Source: Setoptus koraiensis (taxonomy: Eukaryota > Animalia > Arthropoda). Taken from it: 64,000 bases of DNA. The notes under the pieces were generated by a model. The model ran no database searches and was not told where the DNA came from. It worked only from the letters and a program-made list of their open reading frames with translations. Below, piece after piece: positions 38,077 to 50,600 of this stretch (position 1 is the stretch's first letter; each line of letters opens with the position of its first letter). The stretch covers positions 21,390,001 to 21,454,000 of the forward strand of contig CM106586.1 of the NCBI GenBank assembly GCA_048013815.1, read 5' to 3'. Position numbers and translations under genes: made by a program.

Positions 38077-38880
38077 ATGGCCACGAGAATCGTTTCAATC
38101 CTACTATTCAGCTCAATTGCAGGCCTCTTTCTGACTTGCTATGCGCCAAAAGTTGATAATTCCGAAAAACTGTGGAAAGCGCTTCGAAGATCAGTATCAG
38201 AACAAATGTCAAACGATGAAACAATTTTAGAAATACCAATATCTGTTTGGGAGGGTGCTAATAAAGAATTTTCCAGTTGGACACCGGAATATCTAGAGAG
38301 TGTGCGCGAAATAGATCATCTTGCCTTACTTGTGGACCAAGTTTTGGTGCCGTTCAGAGCCTCTTACGAGTATATTAAGCTCTACGATCCAGATAATGTC
38401 AATAAGTTCTTAGAGGGCCTGGTGGATAATTTCAAGAAATACTTCCCTATTTACCAGAAGGATGACACTACATCCGTAGTCAGACACCCCAAGACGTATA
38501 AATTATGGTTCGCCCTGTTGAATGAAATCGAGGAGGAAAGAATTGACGACACGGATATCACTTTCAAAGATATCAAGTTTGCTTATGATGAATATAACAT
38601 CTTAAGAGAGAGAAAAGACAAGGAACTATTGGGTATCCCCACGAACGGTGAAACCAACTTCGCCACAGATGATGTATTACATAATGCGGCCGAGTTAAGA
38701 TCATTGCAAAAGTTTTTCCAGGCGCCACAAGTGCAGATGCTGCGAAACACCATTTATGCCCTCCTGGACATAGCCAACAGAGATAATAAACCCGAATTTA
38801 AGGATGCGGAATATTTAGTGAGATACTTCAAGCAGATGTATAAGTCAATGAAGTTACATTTCTTAGGCGAATCGGACTGA
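38077..38880 (+). CDS. Orphan secreted protein A, 267 aa, intronless
   Basis: Signal-peptide-like N-terminus; clear paralogue of 39292..40086 (shared SVWEGA, WTPEY, DHLALLVDQVLVPF, DIKFAYDEYN, ERKDKELLG). Confidence 0.85.
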   Translation: MATRIVSILLFSSIAGLFLTCYAPKVDNSEKLWKALRRSVSEQMSNDETILEIPISVWEGANKEFSSWTPEYLESVREIDHLALLVDQVLVPFRASYEYIKLYDPDNVNKFLEGLVDNFKKYFPIYQKDDTTSVVRHPKTYKLWFALLNEIEEERIDDTDITFKDIKFAYDEYNILRERKDKELLGIPTNGETNFATDDVLHNAAELRSLQKFFQAPQVQMLRNTIYALLDIANRDNKPEFKDAEYLVRYFKQMYKSMKLHFLGESD

Positions 38881-39291
38881 TAGATAGATGTGACTTGCTG
38901 GTGATGGAATATGTTTGAAATTATGGAACATGCACTCATGGGGAACATCTTAATACATTCGACACGGAACTCCCTTGGGGTTCATATTGATTTGATCTAG
39001 AACATATAACAATAAAAACATGATTGATTTCAATGAGTGTCTGACTGAATAAACGAGATATTGTATATCAGTGGTGAAGCTGAGCTCGCACACCTAAAAA
39101 TAGCGCCTTTCGTCAACCAAGATTTATCTTATGGACATATGAATAGTTTTACCGGCGCTTTTTCTGTGACTATTGTTTTCACCATTCAATTTACAATTGT
39201 CTCTTCTAATTCAGTGCATTTGTTGCTGCGTAAAATCATTCTAAACTAAGACAACTTTTTCAAGTTTACCAAGGCTGCATTTGATAGTATC

Positions 39292-40086
39292 ATGGCCGCA
39301 AACATTCTTTCGATTTTGTTAATCAGCTCAGTTGTGAGTCTTTATTCGACCTGCTATGGAGTGGAAATGCAAACAGCCCATCAATTGTTGAAAGTGCTCC
39401 AGAATTCGATGATACGCGACATTCCAACTGATAGAGTAATAATACCCTTATCTGTTTGGGAGGGTGCCGCTAAAGAATATTCGGATTGGACACCTGAATA
39501 TATAGAAAAGATGCGTTCAAAAGATCATCTTGCTTTGCTTGTCGACCAAGTTTTAGTACCATTCAGCATTTCTTACGAGTATGTCAAACTCACTGAACCA
39601 GAGAATGTAAGCAATTTCTTGAAGAGGCTCATAGACAACTTTAAGAAATACTCCCCAATATATCAAAAGAATTCTTACAATAGCTGTGTCAGCCAACCCA
39701 AGACGTATAAATTGTGGATGGCCCTGATGTCTGAAATCGATGAGGGAAAAAGTGATACGGATATCACTCTCAGAGATATTAAGTTTGCCTATGATGAATA
39801 TAACGTTTACAAAGAGAGAAAAGACAAGGAACTATTGGGTTTCCCCACAAACAATGAAATCAAACTTAGCCCCGATAATATATTACATAATGCAGAGGAA
39901 TACAGAATGTTACAGGTGTTCTTCGAATCGCCGCATGTCCAGATCTTGCGCAGCACCATTTATGCCACTTTAGACAGAGCCGAAAGAGATAATAAACCCG
40001 AATTGAAAAATGCGGAAAGTTTAGTTAGATACTTCAAGCAGGTTTATAAAATATTTGAGTCAGTGTACGATTCGGACGACGAATGA
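39292..40086 (+). CDS. Orphan secreted protein B, 264 aa, tandem paralogue of A
   Basis: Same motifs as A; both reading frames are intact. Confidence 0.85.
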   Translation: MAANILSILLISSVVSLYSTCYGVEMQTAHQLLKVLQNSMIRDIPTDRVIIPLSVWEGAAKEYSDWTPEYIEKMRSKDHLALLVDQVLVPFSISYEYVKLTEPENVSNFLKRLIDNFKKYSPIYQKNSYNSCVSQPKTYKLWMALMSEIDEGKSDTDITLRDIKFAYDEYNVYKERKDKELLGFPTNNEIKLSPDNILHNAEEYRMLQVFFESPHVQILRSTIYATLDRAERDNKPELKNAESLVRYFKQVYKIFESVYDSDDE

Positions 40087-40624
40087 TATAACTCAGCAAC
40101 AATCAGAGGTAATCTAATGAAACAGATAATAGAGTAATCCAGTTTTTTGGTTATCAAGGTAACCATTTACTGGTTTACAAGTTAAATAAAACCTCCAAAG
40201 AGTTGTAAATCAACAATTGACACGAATCAATGACTACTGCATTTTCTAATGATTGCTACTTCTATCACTAGGTTAGAGGTATTTCTTGTCGATTGTTCTC
40301 TTAGTCTCGTTTATTGCCTCATATTGTTCTGGCTTTCTAGCTGAGGGAGATTGAGAAGGTTAAACTAGGATCTTGCAACTGAAATTGTTCTAGCTATTGC
40401 ACTACTCGCAAACTCGCATTCTTCGAGATAATCAGTACTAATTGAATTCTGGTGAAAGGTCGTTGTCACTTTGTATGAAACGCTGCAGCAGGCGACATGG
40501 TTGCCGACTTCAGCATGCAACAAAATTGAAACGTTCATGAGTTAATTACGCGAATTCAACAACATCGTATTAATATTACTGAATGTCGACGACCAATTAT
40601 TGATATTGGTTACTATGGGTGTGA

Positions 40625-41535
40625 TTACTTGATTGCACTTCTTGTGTCTTTGACTAATATGCTGAAATCTCCGAGATCATTGTAGGCTTGTAGGTGGTAT
40701 ATTATGTTTGTAGTTATAACAACATATTCTGAGAATGCAAACAGAGTATAAGCTCCAGATTCACAATATCTATTATGTCTCATGTACATGTAGAGAGCGA
40801 ATACTACTGAGATGCAATTCACTATGGCGAGCCTTACTTTAACTTTTTTAGTATTGTTAAATTTCGTTATGAGTTGTAGGTTTTTTGTCAACGGTCGTTG
40901 CAACCCAGTACACACCAGAGACATGTGTAACAACGAAGTCACAAGGAATATTCCAACACATGTGGCATGAAATTCTTTTGATCAAAAACATTTAACAAGA
41001 AAAACGTGTTTGATTAGAATCTGATTGGATGAATAGGGAGTAGATGAGTTTGAAGGAATCCATCGTTCATAAAACTTAACTTACCGAAATATCTGATGGA
41101 GTCTACAATACTCAAGCCAATCAATGAGGTCATCTCTGTCCAATTCAACAATAGTACAATCCTAGATCTAAGAATTAATCTGAAATAAAGATAAGCTATG
41201 AAGTAACGAGGCAGTCCAAACAATCCGATGCATGTACGCCATACGTCCCTCTGAGGCGTAAAATCTAAAGTGGCACTAAGACTAGGTAGGTAATTGGTAA
41301 CTCTGCAGTGAGTTGCTGTGGATTCTTTGAAGTGAAACTTGATGGACCAGACCAAACAAAAAATCAATGCACTTATTTGGCACGTGGCTGTGGTGAGGGC
41401 CATTGATTTAAATGAAATAGTTACTTCTTCATGATTGGGGTCCTCGATTATGGCACCTCTATGGTCGCTGTCTGATTCACACGTTATTAGCTTCTCTTTA
41501 CTTCGGCTCCTATGAAAAAGCCCGACAGACCCCAT
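40625..41535 (-). CDS. PGAP2: Post-GPI attachment to proteins factor 2 (Frag1/DRAM/Sfk1 family), 2 exons
   Basis: THCRVTNYLPSLSA, WRTCIGL..LPR, FAFSEY motifs. Exons 41535-41085 and 40974-40625; 110-nt GT-AG intron, phase-consistent. Confidence 0.85.
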
Positions 41536-42252
41536 CGTGTATAGCTCATCCAGTCGCTGGTCTTGACTAAAGATAATTCATACCGTGTTTGATTACAAGG
41601 TGTCCTACCTGTCAACTCTGGCGACCATTCTATCGTTTGGCAGTTAGCAGTTATCCACTCGACTTGGGACCGATAAACGGTCGATATATGAACAACCAGA
41701 AGTATAAATAGTTGAAATAAAAAAATAAAAAGCAAGCACCGCAAGAGCTATAGTACTCTCGGTTTCTGTGCAACATTCGCAATTGTGCTGCAATCTCGAC
41801 TTTGAGCCGAATATTTTGTGGCGCAAGCAGATTAGTTTCTCGTTCCTGCCAAAAACAATGCACTGAGGCTACACACATTCAGCCTGTCACTTGCTAGGTT
41901 CGTTCCTGCTGTGCCGGCACTGTGCTTCAAATCAGCACAGTGCCGCTAACCATCACACAAATGAGCTTGCGAAAAGTGCCGCTTCGCTCAGCTGATGGTC
42001 TGAGTTACCACTTGCTGGGAATTGTGATGGACATGTCGCTTTGTCATGCACTATTCAACGTTTCATTTTAGGATGACATTTCGTATCAATTTAGTAGCTA
42101 AACTCATCGAAAGTCACGTATTTCAGTTGTCACCCACTTTCAACAGTCTATGAATCCCTTATATAACAGTATGGTGAAATAACTAATCGTTAAATTCAAA
42201 ACACTGTAATAATAATCAACAAGCTGTATTTGGCCCAAAGCAATTTTAAAGC

Positions 42253-45088
42253 ATGGAGCTAGATGCTGGAGATCTCCCCTATTTGTTGCCGAACGAACGG
42301 CGATCTACCAGGAAACTGAACACATTCACCGGAGTCTTCACGCCCGTTTGCCTGTCCATGTTCAGTGCCATTCTTTTTCTGAGGCTAGGTAAATGTCATT
42401 GTGCAGTACTCTCTGAGCCTTTCACCTCTCATAAATTCAACCAACTGATCGATATACTTTCAATTTGACCCTTGTGTGAAACAAAAACACTTGCAGGCTT
42501 CATTGTGGGAAATGCTGGACTTTTAGAGACCATACTCCAAATGATCATATCGTACACTATACTTGTATTTACTGTTCTTTCAGTGTCGGCCATCTCAACC
42601 AACGGAGCTATCGAGGGCGGAGGAATCTACTACATGTCCAGTAGAGTCCTTGGGCCGGAATTTGGTGGCTCAATTGGAACTTTGTTCTTCATTGCAAATG
42701 TTGTTTCTTCAGCGCTCTATCTGACAGGATGTGTCGAGGGTCTCATAAACAACTTTGGACCTTCAGGAACTATGGCCACGTTTTTGAAGGGAGGTGGTGA
42801 CTGGCCGCTCATCTATTCTTCCTCCCTAAATTTCCTCAATCTACTGATATGCATTGTGGGTGCAGCAATGTTTGCCAAAACGACCCTTGTCATATTTGCT
42901 ATAGTTTTAACTGTAGCTGGGTCTGTCATGATTAGCCTCATGTTCAGGTCAGAGATACCAAATATACCAATTCCAAAAGAGAACACCTATATAGATCACA
43001 ACATTACGGGACTTTTGTTTGCTGGACTACACTGGGACAACATTAAGTCTAATATGCTACCCTCGTACGGAATAGATTATACAACCGGAAACCCTGTGAG
43101 CTTTGCCTCTGTATTTGGCGTATTCTTCACAGGTGTTACAGGTGTCTTGGCCGGAGCAAACATATCAGGAGATCTGAAGAACCCATCAAAGTCTATCCCG
43201 TTTGGTACTTTCAGTGGTATCATGTTTACGTTTGTTATGTACCTGATATTATTTGTATTATCAGCAGCCTCTTGTTCACGCGAACTACTCCAAAACAACT
43301 ATTTATACATGCAGTACGTGAATTTCTGGCCACCACTTGTCGAGATAGGCATCTCATCAGCCACAATATCAGCCTCTCTGAGTAACTTTATTGGTGCCTC
43401 TAGATTATTACACGCTGTCGCCGGAGATGGGCTCTTTGGGTGGGTTCTTAATCCGATACACAAGGCGCAAGTTTCAGGAAATCCTATCGGTTCTGTTCTA
43501 GTTACATGGTTCATCATACAATTGATGCTGATGATTGGATCTCTCAATCAAATTGCACAGATATCATCAATACTGTTCTTGTTCACTTATTTCTCTATCA
43601 ACTTTTCTTGTATGGTCTGCCTGTTAACATCAGCACCCAATTTTAGACCATCATTCCGTTATTTCAATTTACCTACAACACTATTAGGAATGCTCGGTGC
43701 TGGAGCAATGATGTTCGTCATCAACTCTTTATACTCATCCATAGTTATTATCGTGTGGCTAATATTGATGATCGCTATTCATGTCAGATCGCCACCAGTG
43801 AGATGGGGCGACATTACTCAAGCTCTAATATTCCATCAAGTTAGGAAGTATCTATTGTTGCTGGACACCAGGAAAGAACATGTGAAATTCTGGCGGCCAC
43901 GCATTCTTTTGATGGTTGAGAATCCTCGGACGTGTCTGCCCCTCATAGAGTTTGTTAATGATCTCAAGAAGAGTGGTTTATTTATCATAGGTCATGTTGA
44001 ACTGGGCAAATTAGAAGACTTTCCTGTTGACCCATTGATTGAACAATATCCTATATGGCTGAAATGGCTCGATTGTTTCCAAGTGAAGGCTTTCATTGAA
44101 ATGACTTTAGCGCCGAGTGTCCAAGAAGGTCTGCCTCACATAATGAGGATAGCGGGATTAGGAGCAATGAAACTGAATACTGTTATGTTCGGTTTCTATG
44201 ATGACGCAGTACCATATGATTTTTTCAAAGACGACAGAAGGTATAATACTCTCGAGGAAATCTGTGGCCGTAACGACACAGGTACCTTCATGCAAACCCG
44301 ACATAATGGACGACCATCTAGACTAGAATACGTCGCTATGATTGTAGATGCGAATAGAAGACTTCAAAAAAATGTCTGTCTGGCTCGCCACTTTCAAATT
44401 TTAGACAAGGTATTGCTAACTCAACCGATAGACAAATCTTTAAAACCCAAAACCAACCAATCTATTTAATGGCTGATATCCTTTTTCTCTCTAACTTTTC
44501 ACCTGTGTTCATTTACCGTTCGACACATAGCAACAAGTGATCAATTCGAAGCAAAGACTACACCTGGATATTTGGCCTATGAACTTCTTCCTACCTAACT
44601 CAAACTCATTTAAAGTTAATAATGGATCAATTTTAAGCATGCAACTTGCATGTATATTACACATGGTACCTGGATGGAAAAAATCTACAGACATTAGAGT
44701 ATTTGTTTGTGGTTTACGCGCTAACCAAGACAGCTTGAAAGATCATTGGCAGAAGATATTAGAAGATTATCGAATTGATGCCTGTATAAATGTTGTGGTG
44801 ATTGACGAACTGCTCTTGCACGCGAATAGTTCGATTGAGAGTACTCCGGCAAGGGCATCTAGACTTGTTGAATACGATCTGGATGAGAAGTATTTGAACG
44901 CCGCCAACAGCCTACTCAAGGAATACAGTGACGAAACCGCCGTCACTTTTCTCAATCTTCCGGCGCCACCGTCTTCACAAAGTCATTACGAGGATTATTT
45001 AAGAAATCTCCAAACTTTGACTGACGCACTTCCACCCACCCTACTAGTGATCGGAAATGATGAACAAGTAGTGTCGACTTCTATATAG
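42253..45088 (+). CDS. SLC12A9: Solute carrier family 12 member 9, 3 exons
   Basis: RKLNTFTGVF.P..LSMFS..LFLR, GGIYYM.SR.LGPEFGGSIG, VRKYLLLLDTRKEHVKFWRP. Exons 42253-42388, 42497-44409, 44531-45088. Confidence 0.93.
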
Positions 45089-45227
45089 TTACCCAACAAA
45101 CTAAATTGAACAAAACTTGGACTGGAGTTAGTTTATTAGTATTATTTAGAAACACAAGTATGACAATCTTAAGCTCTTCGTAATATGCGCAAAAGCACGC
45201 AACTGTGATTCAGATTAAAGTATCATA

Positions 45228-47609
45228 TCATATAGTCAGCTTATTAACTTTTGTAGCCGATTTGGACGGTTTTTGAATGACTAGCTTGATTTCGGGGATT
45301 GAGAAAATGGACTGAGAATCGAGTAGATTATAAACAGCTTCAGGAAGTAGCGCAAAATATGCGTGTCTTAGAGATTTAAACGAAGAGAGTCTAGCTTTTG
45401 GATTGCAATCAACCAAGGATTTGATCAAGTCCATTCCAGTAGCATCAAGTCTCGGTGCATGTAATCCAAGATCTGACGCAGCTTTTTTGGGTAATTTCAA
45501 CGACAAAAACTCCTCATCTGATTCTATTCCGGGCCAAGTTTGATCATCTGGGGTTCCTAACATGTCGAAGATGTTTTTCAATTGATTTTTGACACTGTCG
45601 CCTCTGAACATTGTATGACCGGCAGCCATTTCAAAGAATATACAGCCGACTCCCCACATATCAATAGAAAAATCATATTCTGTTGATCCCAATAGGACAT
45701 CAGGAGGTCTGTACCATAGTGTCACTACTTCATGGGTGAAGGTCTTTGTTGGAACGCTCTTAGCCCGGGCTAGTCCAAAATCTGCTAACTTTAATTCTCC
45801 TGTATCATTGATGAGTATGTTCTGTGGCTTGAGATCTCTATGCAAGATTCTTCTGCTATGACAATAATTTAGGCCTCTTAAGAGCTGAAACATTAATAGT
45901 CGTACATTGTGCATAGGTAGGAAATAACCATGCTCATCCATGTACTTACTGAGATCTTTGTCAGCATACTCGAACACCATTGTTAATGATATATCAGTGT
46001 AAATGATGTCATGAAGTGTCACTATATTGTTGTGCTTCAATTCCTTGAGCAAAGATACTTCGCGAATAGCAGTGAAAGGTACACCTTCTTCTCGTTCTAG
46101 ATGTATTTCTTTGAGAGCAACATGTTTTTTAGTCAGCTTACTAGTGCCTTTGAAGACTGTTGAATATGTTCCAGATCCTAGTATGTGCAACTTTTCGTAG
46201 GTTGTGATCTGACCGAAGCCCAATTCAAACAGCGACTGTCTCCTAACTCTTCTACTCAAAGGTTCATCGAGTGGTGTCTGGGACTTGTCGAAATGCTTAG
46301 CTACGAAGCTTTCGGGTAGTTGCATGTCTACTGGCAGTGACAGGCGATTCCTTACTTCTTGAGCATGATTCCGATTTTGTCTGCGTTTCGTACGGAAACG
46401 GACACCATTTGAGCTACATGAAGGAGCAGAGGTTTTGGTAGAGTTTTTCTTGCTCTTATGTTTAGTGGTATCCGATGAACTACATTTGTTGTCCTGACTG
46501 CTATACACCTGGTATAATCGACATGATGGAGCATGAGCGTGGCGTATTTTGTCTATATTGTTGACTTTTGTTTTGTTACTCTGGTACTTTTTCAGTGTTA
46601 CGGGGGACGATTCCTTACCAGAGCATCTACTGCTAGTTTCACTCATTGATTGATTCCCACTGCTGGAACTTCCATTCTTGAGACTAGCCACAGTATTGGA
46701 TTTCCTCCATCGAATTGATTCAATTACTTCACTATCGCTATCAGAACACACGCCAGAAGGATTTTCGACTATTATCGAAGGGTGACGCCTTAGGCATTTA
46801 CAGCTGTCATCAAAGAAGGCCGAAGCTGACTTAGTGGGACCATTGTGAGTTACTTTACATTTGGCTTTATCCATGTTGGCCCCCAATTCATCACCTTTTT
46901 TATTCCATCGGAACAAGTTTTTGAGTTCTTTATACTTTGATTGTTTTGACAGATTTGAATCGCCAGTGTTTGTTTCTTGATCATCAGAATGATTGCTGGA
47001 CGAAGATTGTCCGATAGTGGAACATTCTGAGTGGATAATCATTTCATTCATAGGGGTGTGGTGCATTTCATCTCGTGTTGGTTTATCTTTTGCATAGCTA
47101 CTGGATAAAAGCCTATTTGCACTGGGCAATATTTTGTGTCCAATTCTTTTGAGAGCAGTGAAATCAATATTAGAAGCTGATACTCTCATTTTTGACTTAG
47201 GTGGATGACAGTAGTTTTGATGGATGGCGTCAGTGTTGATGGCTGGCTGATTGTGAGCATTGGTTCTAGAAGATAAAGTGTTCGACGGTAAATGTTGTTG
47301 TTCATTTTGAGAACCTTCGGTAGATCTATCAGTATCACAGCAGTAACTAGATAGTGTTAATGAAAGATCCTTCCTTTGTAGTTGCTCATCAGCTTGTTTC
47401 AGTTGCTTCGATTGATTGGCTAGTTGGAGTCTCTTCGTTACAACTGTCTCAACAGAAGTATTATTAGTGTTGAATATTAAATCATTTTCACTCGTACAAC
47501 CAGACAAAGATAATTGATTTGTTAGGTCGGCGATGCCTTCGTCTACACTTTTCCTTGCGCTATTTATTGACTCGGAAAACTTTCTCTTTAATTGTTTAAC
47601 AAGCGACAT
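45228..47609 (-). CDS. TAIRE-family cyclin-dependent kinase (PCTAIRE/CDK16-18-like scaffold, PFTAIRE motif) with long N-terminal extension
   Basis: Complete kinase domain (VALKEI, PFTAIRE, HRDLKPQN, DFG, VVTLWYRPP). First ATG at 47609; the frame is open to 47720, so an upstream exon is possible. No intron in the ORF. Confidence 0.93.
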   Translation of the reverse strand: MSLVKQLKRKFSESINSARKSVDEGIADLTNQLSLSGCTSENDLIFNTNNTSVETVVTKRLQLANQSKQLKQADEQLQRKDLSLTLSSYCCDTDRSTEGSQNEQQHLPSNTLSSRTNAHNQPAINTDAIHQNYCHPPKSKMRVSASNIDFTALKRIGHKILPSANRLLSSSYAKDKPTRDEMHHTPMNEMIIHSECSTIGQSSSSNHSDDQETNTGDSNLSKQSKYKELKNLFRWNKKGDELGANMDKAKCKVTHNGPTKSASAFFDDSCKCLRRHPSIIVENPSGVCSDSDSEVIESIRWRKSNTVASLKNGSSSSGNQSMSETSSRCSGKESSPVTLKKYQSNKTKVNNIDKIRHAHAPSCRLYQVYSSQDNKCSSSDTTKHKSKKNSTKTSAPSCSSNGVRFRTKRRQNRNHAQEVRNRLSLPVDMQLPESFVAKHFDKSQTPLDEPLSRRVRRQSLFELGFGQITTYEKLHILGSGTYSTVFKGTSKLTKKHVALKEIHLEREEGVPFTAIREVSLLKELKHNNIVTLHDIIYTDISLTMVFEYADKDLSKYMDEHGYFLPMHNVRLLMFQLLRGLNYCHSRRILHRDLKPQNILINDTGELKLADFGLARAKSVPTKTFTHEVVTLWYRPPDVLLGSTEYDFSIDMWGVGCIFFEMAAGHTMFRGDSVKNQLKNIFDMLGTPDDQTWPGIESDEEFLSLKLPKKAASDLGLHAPRLDATGMDLIKSLVDCNPKARLSSFKSLRHAYFALLPEAVYNLLDSQSIFSIPEIKLVIQKPSKSATKVNKLTI

Positions 47610-50600
47610 GCTACTGAAACACAGTCGCCTTTCTGGTTCTATTCCAATAGATTGAGTTGAGATGGAAGAGATTTCACATTGGTGGTCTTGTTGGTTGTTA
47701 TCATCAGCTATCTGGCCCACAGATTGATCACAATATATTTCATTAGTTTGTTAGTGTAAATCCTAGTGTTAATAGTGCTAGTAAATATATTTGGACGTCA
47801 TATAGAACATGGACAATGGAGAACGATAAAACTAACGGCTGATAAAAAGGCTTCGATTGGACTTTCCATCAAAATTTAGTCCACGTGGTGAGTGGCTCAA
47901 TTAATCGGGATCGATGATTTCTGATCGGCAGAACACTAAAGATAAAAGTTGTTTAAATTAAATTATACATGGATGATAATAAATCAACAGTCCAAGTGTA
48001 TTGTCTGCGTGTTGAGATTTGTTATGCAACAAACAAAAGAACGACGAATACGTTCGACCAGGTGACAGGCTGTTGCATTGTTTTCGTTTTATTGTTGTTG
48101 ATGGTTCAATCCACGACGCCATAACCCTCACCCATACGCACTATACACACTACACTACATCACAGTATTGTGATAGTGTCTTGTTTCGATGTATTCGCCC
48201 TAGTTTTTAGAGAGATCCGCCAGGGCGGCAGTTGGTGTTGATGGAACGACCGTTTGCAGGATACTGAACTCAGATACAGCAAGTACAGCAAGTGTGCGCC
48301 GCTTGCGCCAAAAGTCACTTGCCTATGAGGCAAGCAATCAGAACAGCACAGAACGTGCGGAGATTCTCCGCTTGATAGCGCCATTTTCAGACGTTGCGAG
48401 CGCCTCTTCCGGATCTTTGTGAAAGCAAACACAAGTACAAAGGACAAAATAATGTACAGTTAAGTTTCGAATAATGGTCGTTGTTGAGCGCGAGATTCGA
48501 TTTGATTTTTACTTTTACTGGGCTGGGGAAAAACCCAATTTTCGCCGTTGCCCGATTTTCCGTGCAAGCCAAGTGGAGACTGGCGGATTTTTCATTGAAC
48601 TAAACAGACTGGACCGTGCACGGAAATATGTGGCGTCGGCAGAAAAAGTCCTATTATCCGCTTGTCTCATTACAGTCTAGATAAAGTATCGCACTTGGCA
48701 CCATGATAATTAGTTACGCTGTCAGCAAACAATTAGTCGGCAGCCGGCTTATAGTCGATAGAAAGTTTAGCACAAGCGCCATGATAGCTTAGTTCCGGGT
48801 GCAGGGATCTATTTGGGTCATTATGATTGTTTCGAGGGCAAACAACGAGTTGATTGGAAAAGGTGATTGTGAAGTGTATTCATCCAACAATGCCAATGGC
48901 CGTCGAGCCGCGGGTATTACATTACCATGTGCCATTAGTGTCGGATGTGTGTTCATTGTGGCCGCTAGAGGTCTCCATATTTCTCTTGACGTCTTGGCGT
49001 TTTGGCAAGTGCACAGAAATAGTTTTCCCACTTCCTGTTTGTAAAACTTATAAAAAATTAGCACCTGAATGCTCGTTGATCCAAATGTTGTAAATCCTGT
49101 GCGTCGGACCAGATTGGAGAATAATCTATGGATAAGAAAGACAAGTTGCATCAGGTAATAAAATTGAAATATAGAGAATAAAAATTTTGAGATTATCTCT
49201 TATCTGCTTTTGGTTGTGCAGTTTCATTCTCTTTTTATGTGATGCACATCGTGAGCGCATAGTGACACTATAATTGACCCGTGTCGCGGCCTCTACTTGT
49301 AATTTACAAGTTGCAAGTGAAAAGTGTCAGCTGTCACATCTCTGATGCACATCTTTGCTATGTGTCAAGTGTTGCCATTTTGTCAATTTGGTGCAAACAC
49401 GGTGACAAGCCAACTAACAAGAGCAACTCACGTCGTCAAAGTGGATTAGTTACAAAGGAAACAAATACACTATCGTGGGCGAGCCACAAAAAGCACAAGT
49501 CCAAGAACGGCCGAGACTGCTCGCGGAGTAGAGGCGCGTCCCAAATCCGCATAATTTTCCGATATTGGTGTTGCAGATGTTGGCGTGTTGGTCAAGACGC
49601 CAATCGCTGCCTAGGACTTGTGGCGACATATTGAAATAGCACATATCGAATGCAGAGGGACGTGTTGCGAAGTGGGCTGTTTTGTGAATATTTCGCGATC
49701 GATATTTCTTGTGATGGGCATGAAGATGTGCCATCGAAAGTCACGATTTGTGCTTTTGGTGCGCCGCCAGAAAAGCACATCCTCAATAGTATACACACAC
49801 TTGAATTTGAAGCCAGTTGTGAGAAATTTCTGAAGGAAAAAAAAACATTCAAGTTTCACCACGATATTATTATGGAGTTTTTTGTCGAGTGTGACTTGCC
49901 AACTTGACAAATCGTGATATATGAAGATGTGAGCAGCCAGATCGAAAGACTCACTTAGTTAAAAGTTTGTTGGCTGGCGGTTCGGAGAGCGCCACCAGCA
50001 TATGCCACGAGATGATACGTTTAGATATTTGTTCTCCGAACAAGCTCGCTTAGAATGCGCGACGTCAGACTAATGTGCTGTGTGGTTCGTTAGGTGAATT
50101 ATAAATCCGAAAAGAATATCCATGGTGTGTACGCGATGCAGCCTTCGTAGCTCGGTTGAACTTCAAACAGCTATCATCACTTGACTACGTTCAGACCTTG
50201 GCCAGACACAACAAGTTGAAACATTATCGCGCCCACAGGTCGTCTCGTGGTGGTATCGGCTTGAGAGTATTGGCGTAATGATATGGCGAACTATATACGT
50301 TCATGTGCAATATGGAAAAATGTTGCTGCTGATGACACTTAGAATTTGCGTAGAATTCAGAATGACATTTTGTCGACAAACAAACATCATTTCCCGCTAC
50401 ATGTGTGTGTGGATGGATATATTTTATGCATGTTCTTATGTAACACAAACAATGTGTATCACAATGTTTGTAATACACACTATTATATATATAAAGGGTG
50501 CCAGATATAACAGGTACTTATTTTGTTATTTTGTTGGTATTTTAAAATCAATATATTGGATAATGGTGGAGTGACATGTGTTTAAGAGGATGGTTTGTGG

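Noticed and set aside
48789-49907. Same-frame ORFs 49281..49634 and 49650..49907 separated by one TGA (possible read-through, selenocysteine or pseudogene)
   Set aside because: No family recognised, no SECIS-like structure identified, and no coding signal beyond ORF length.
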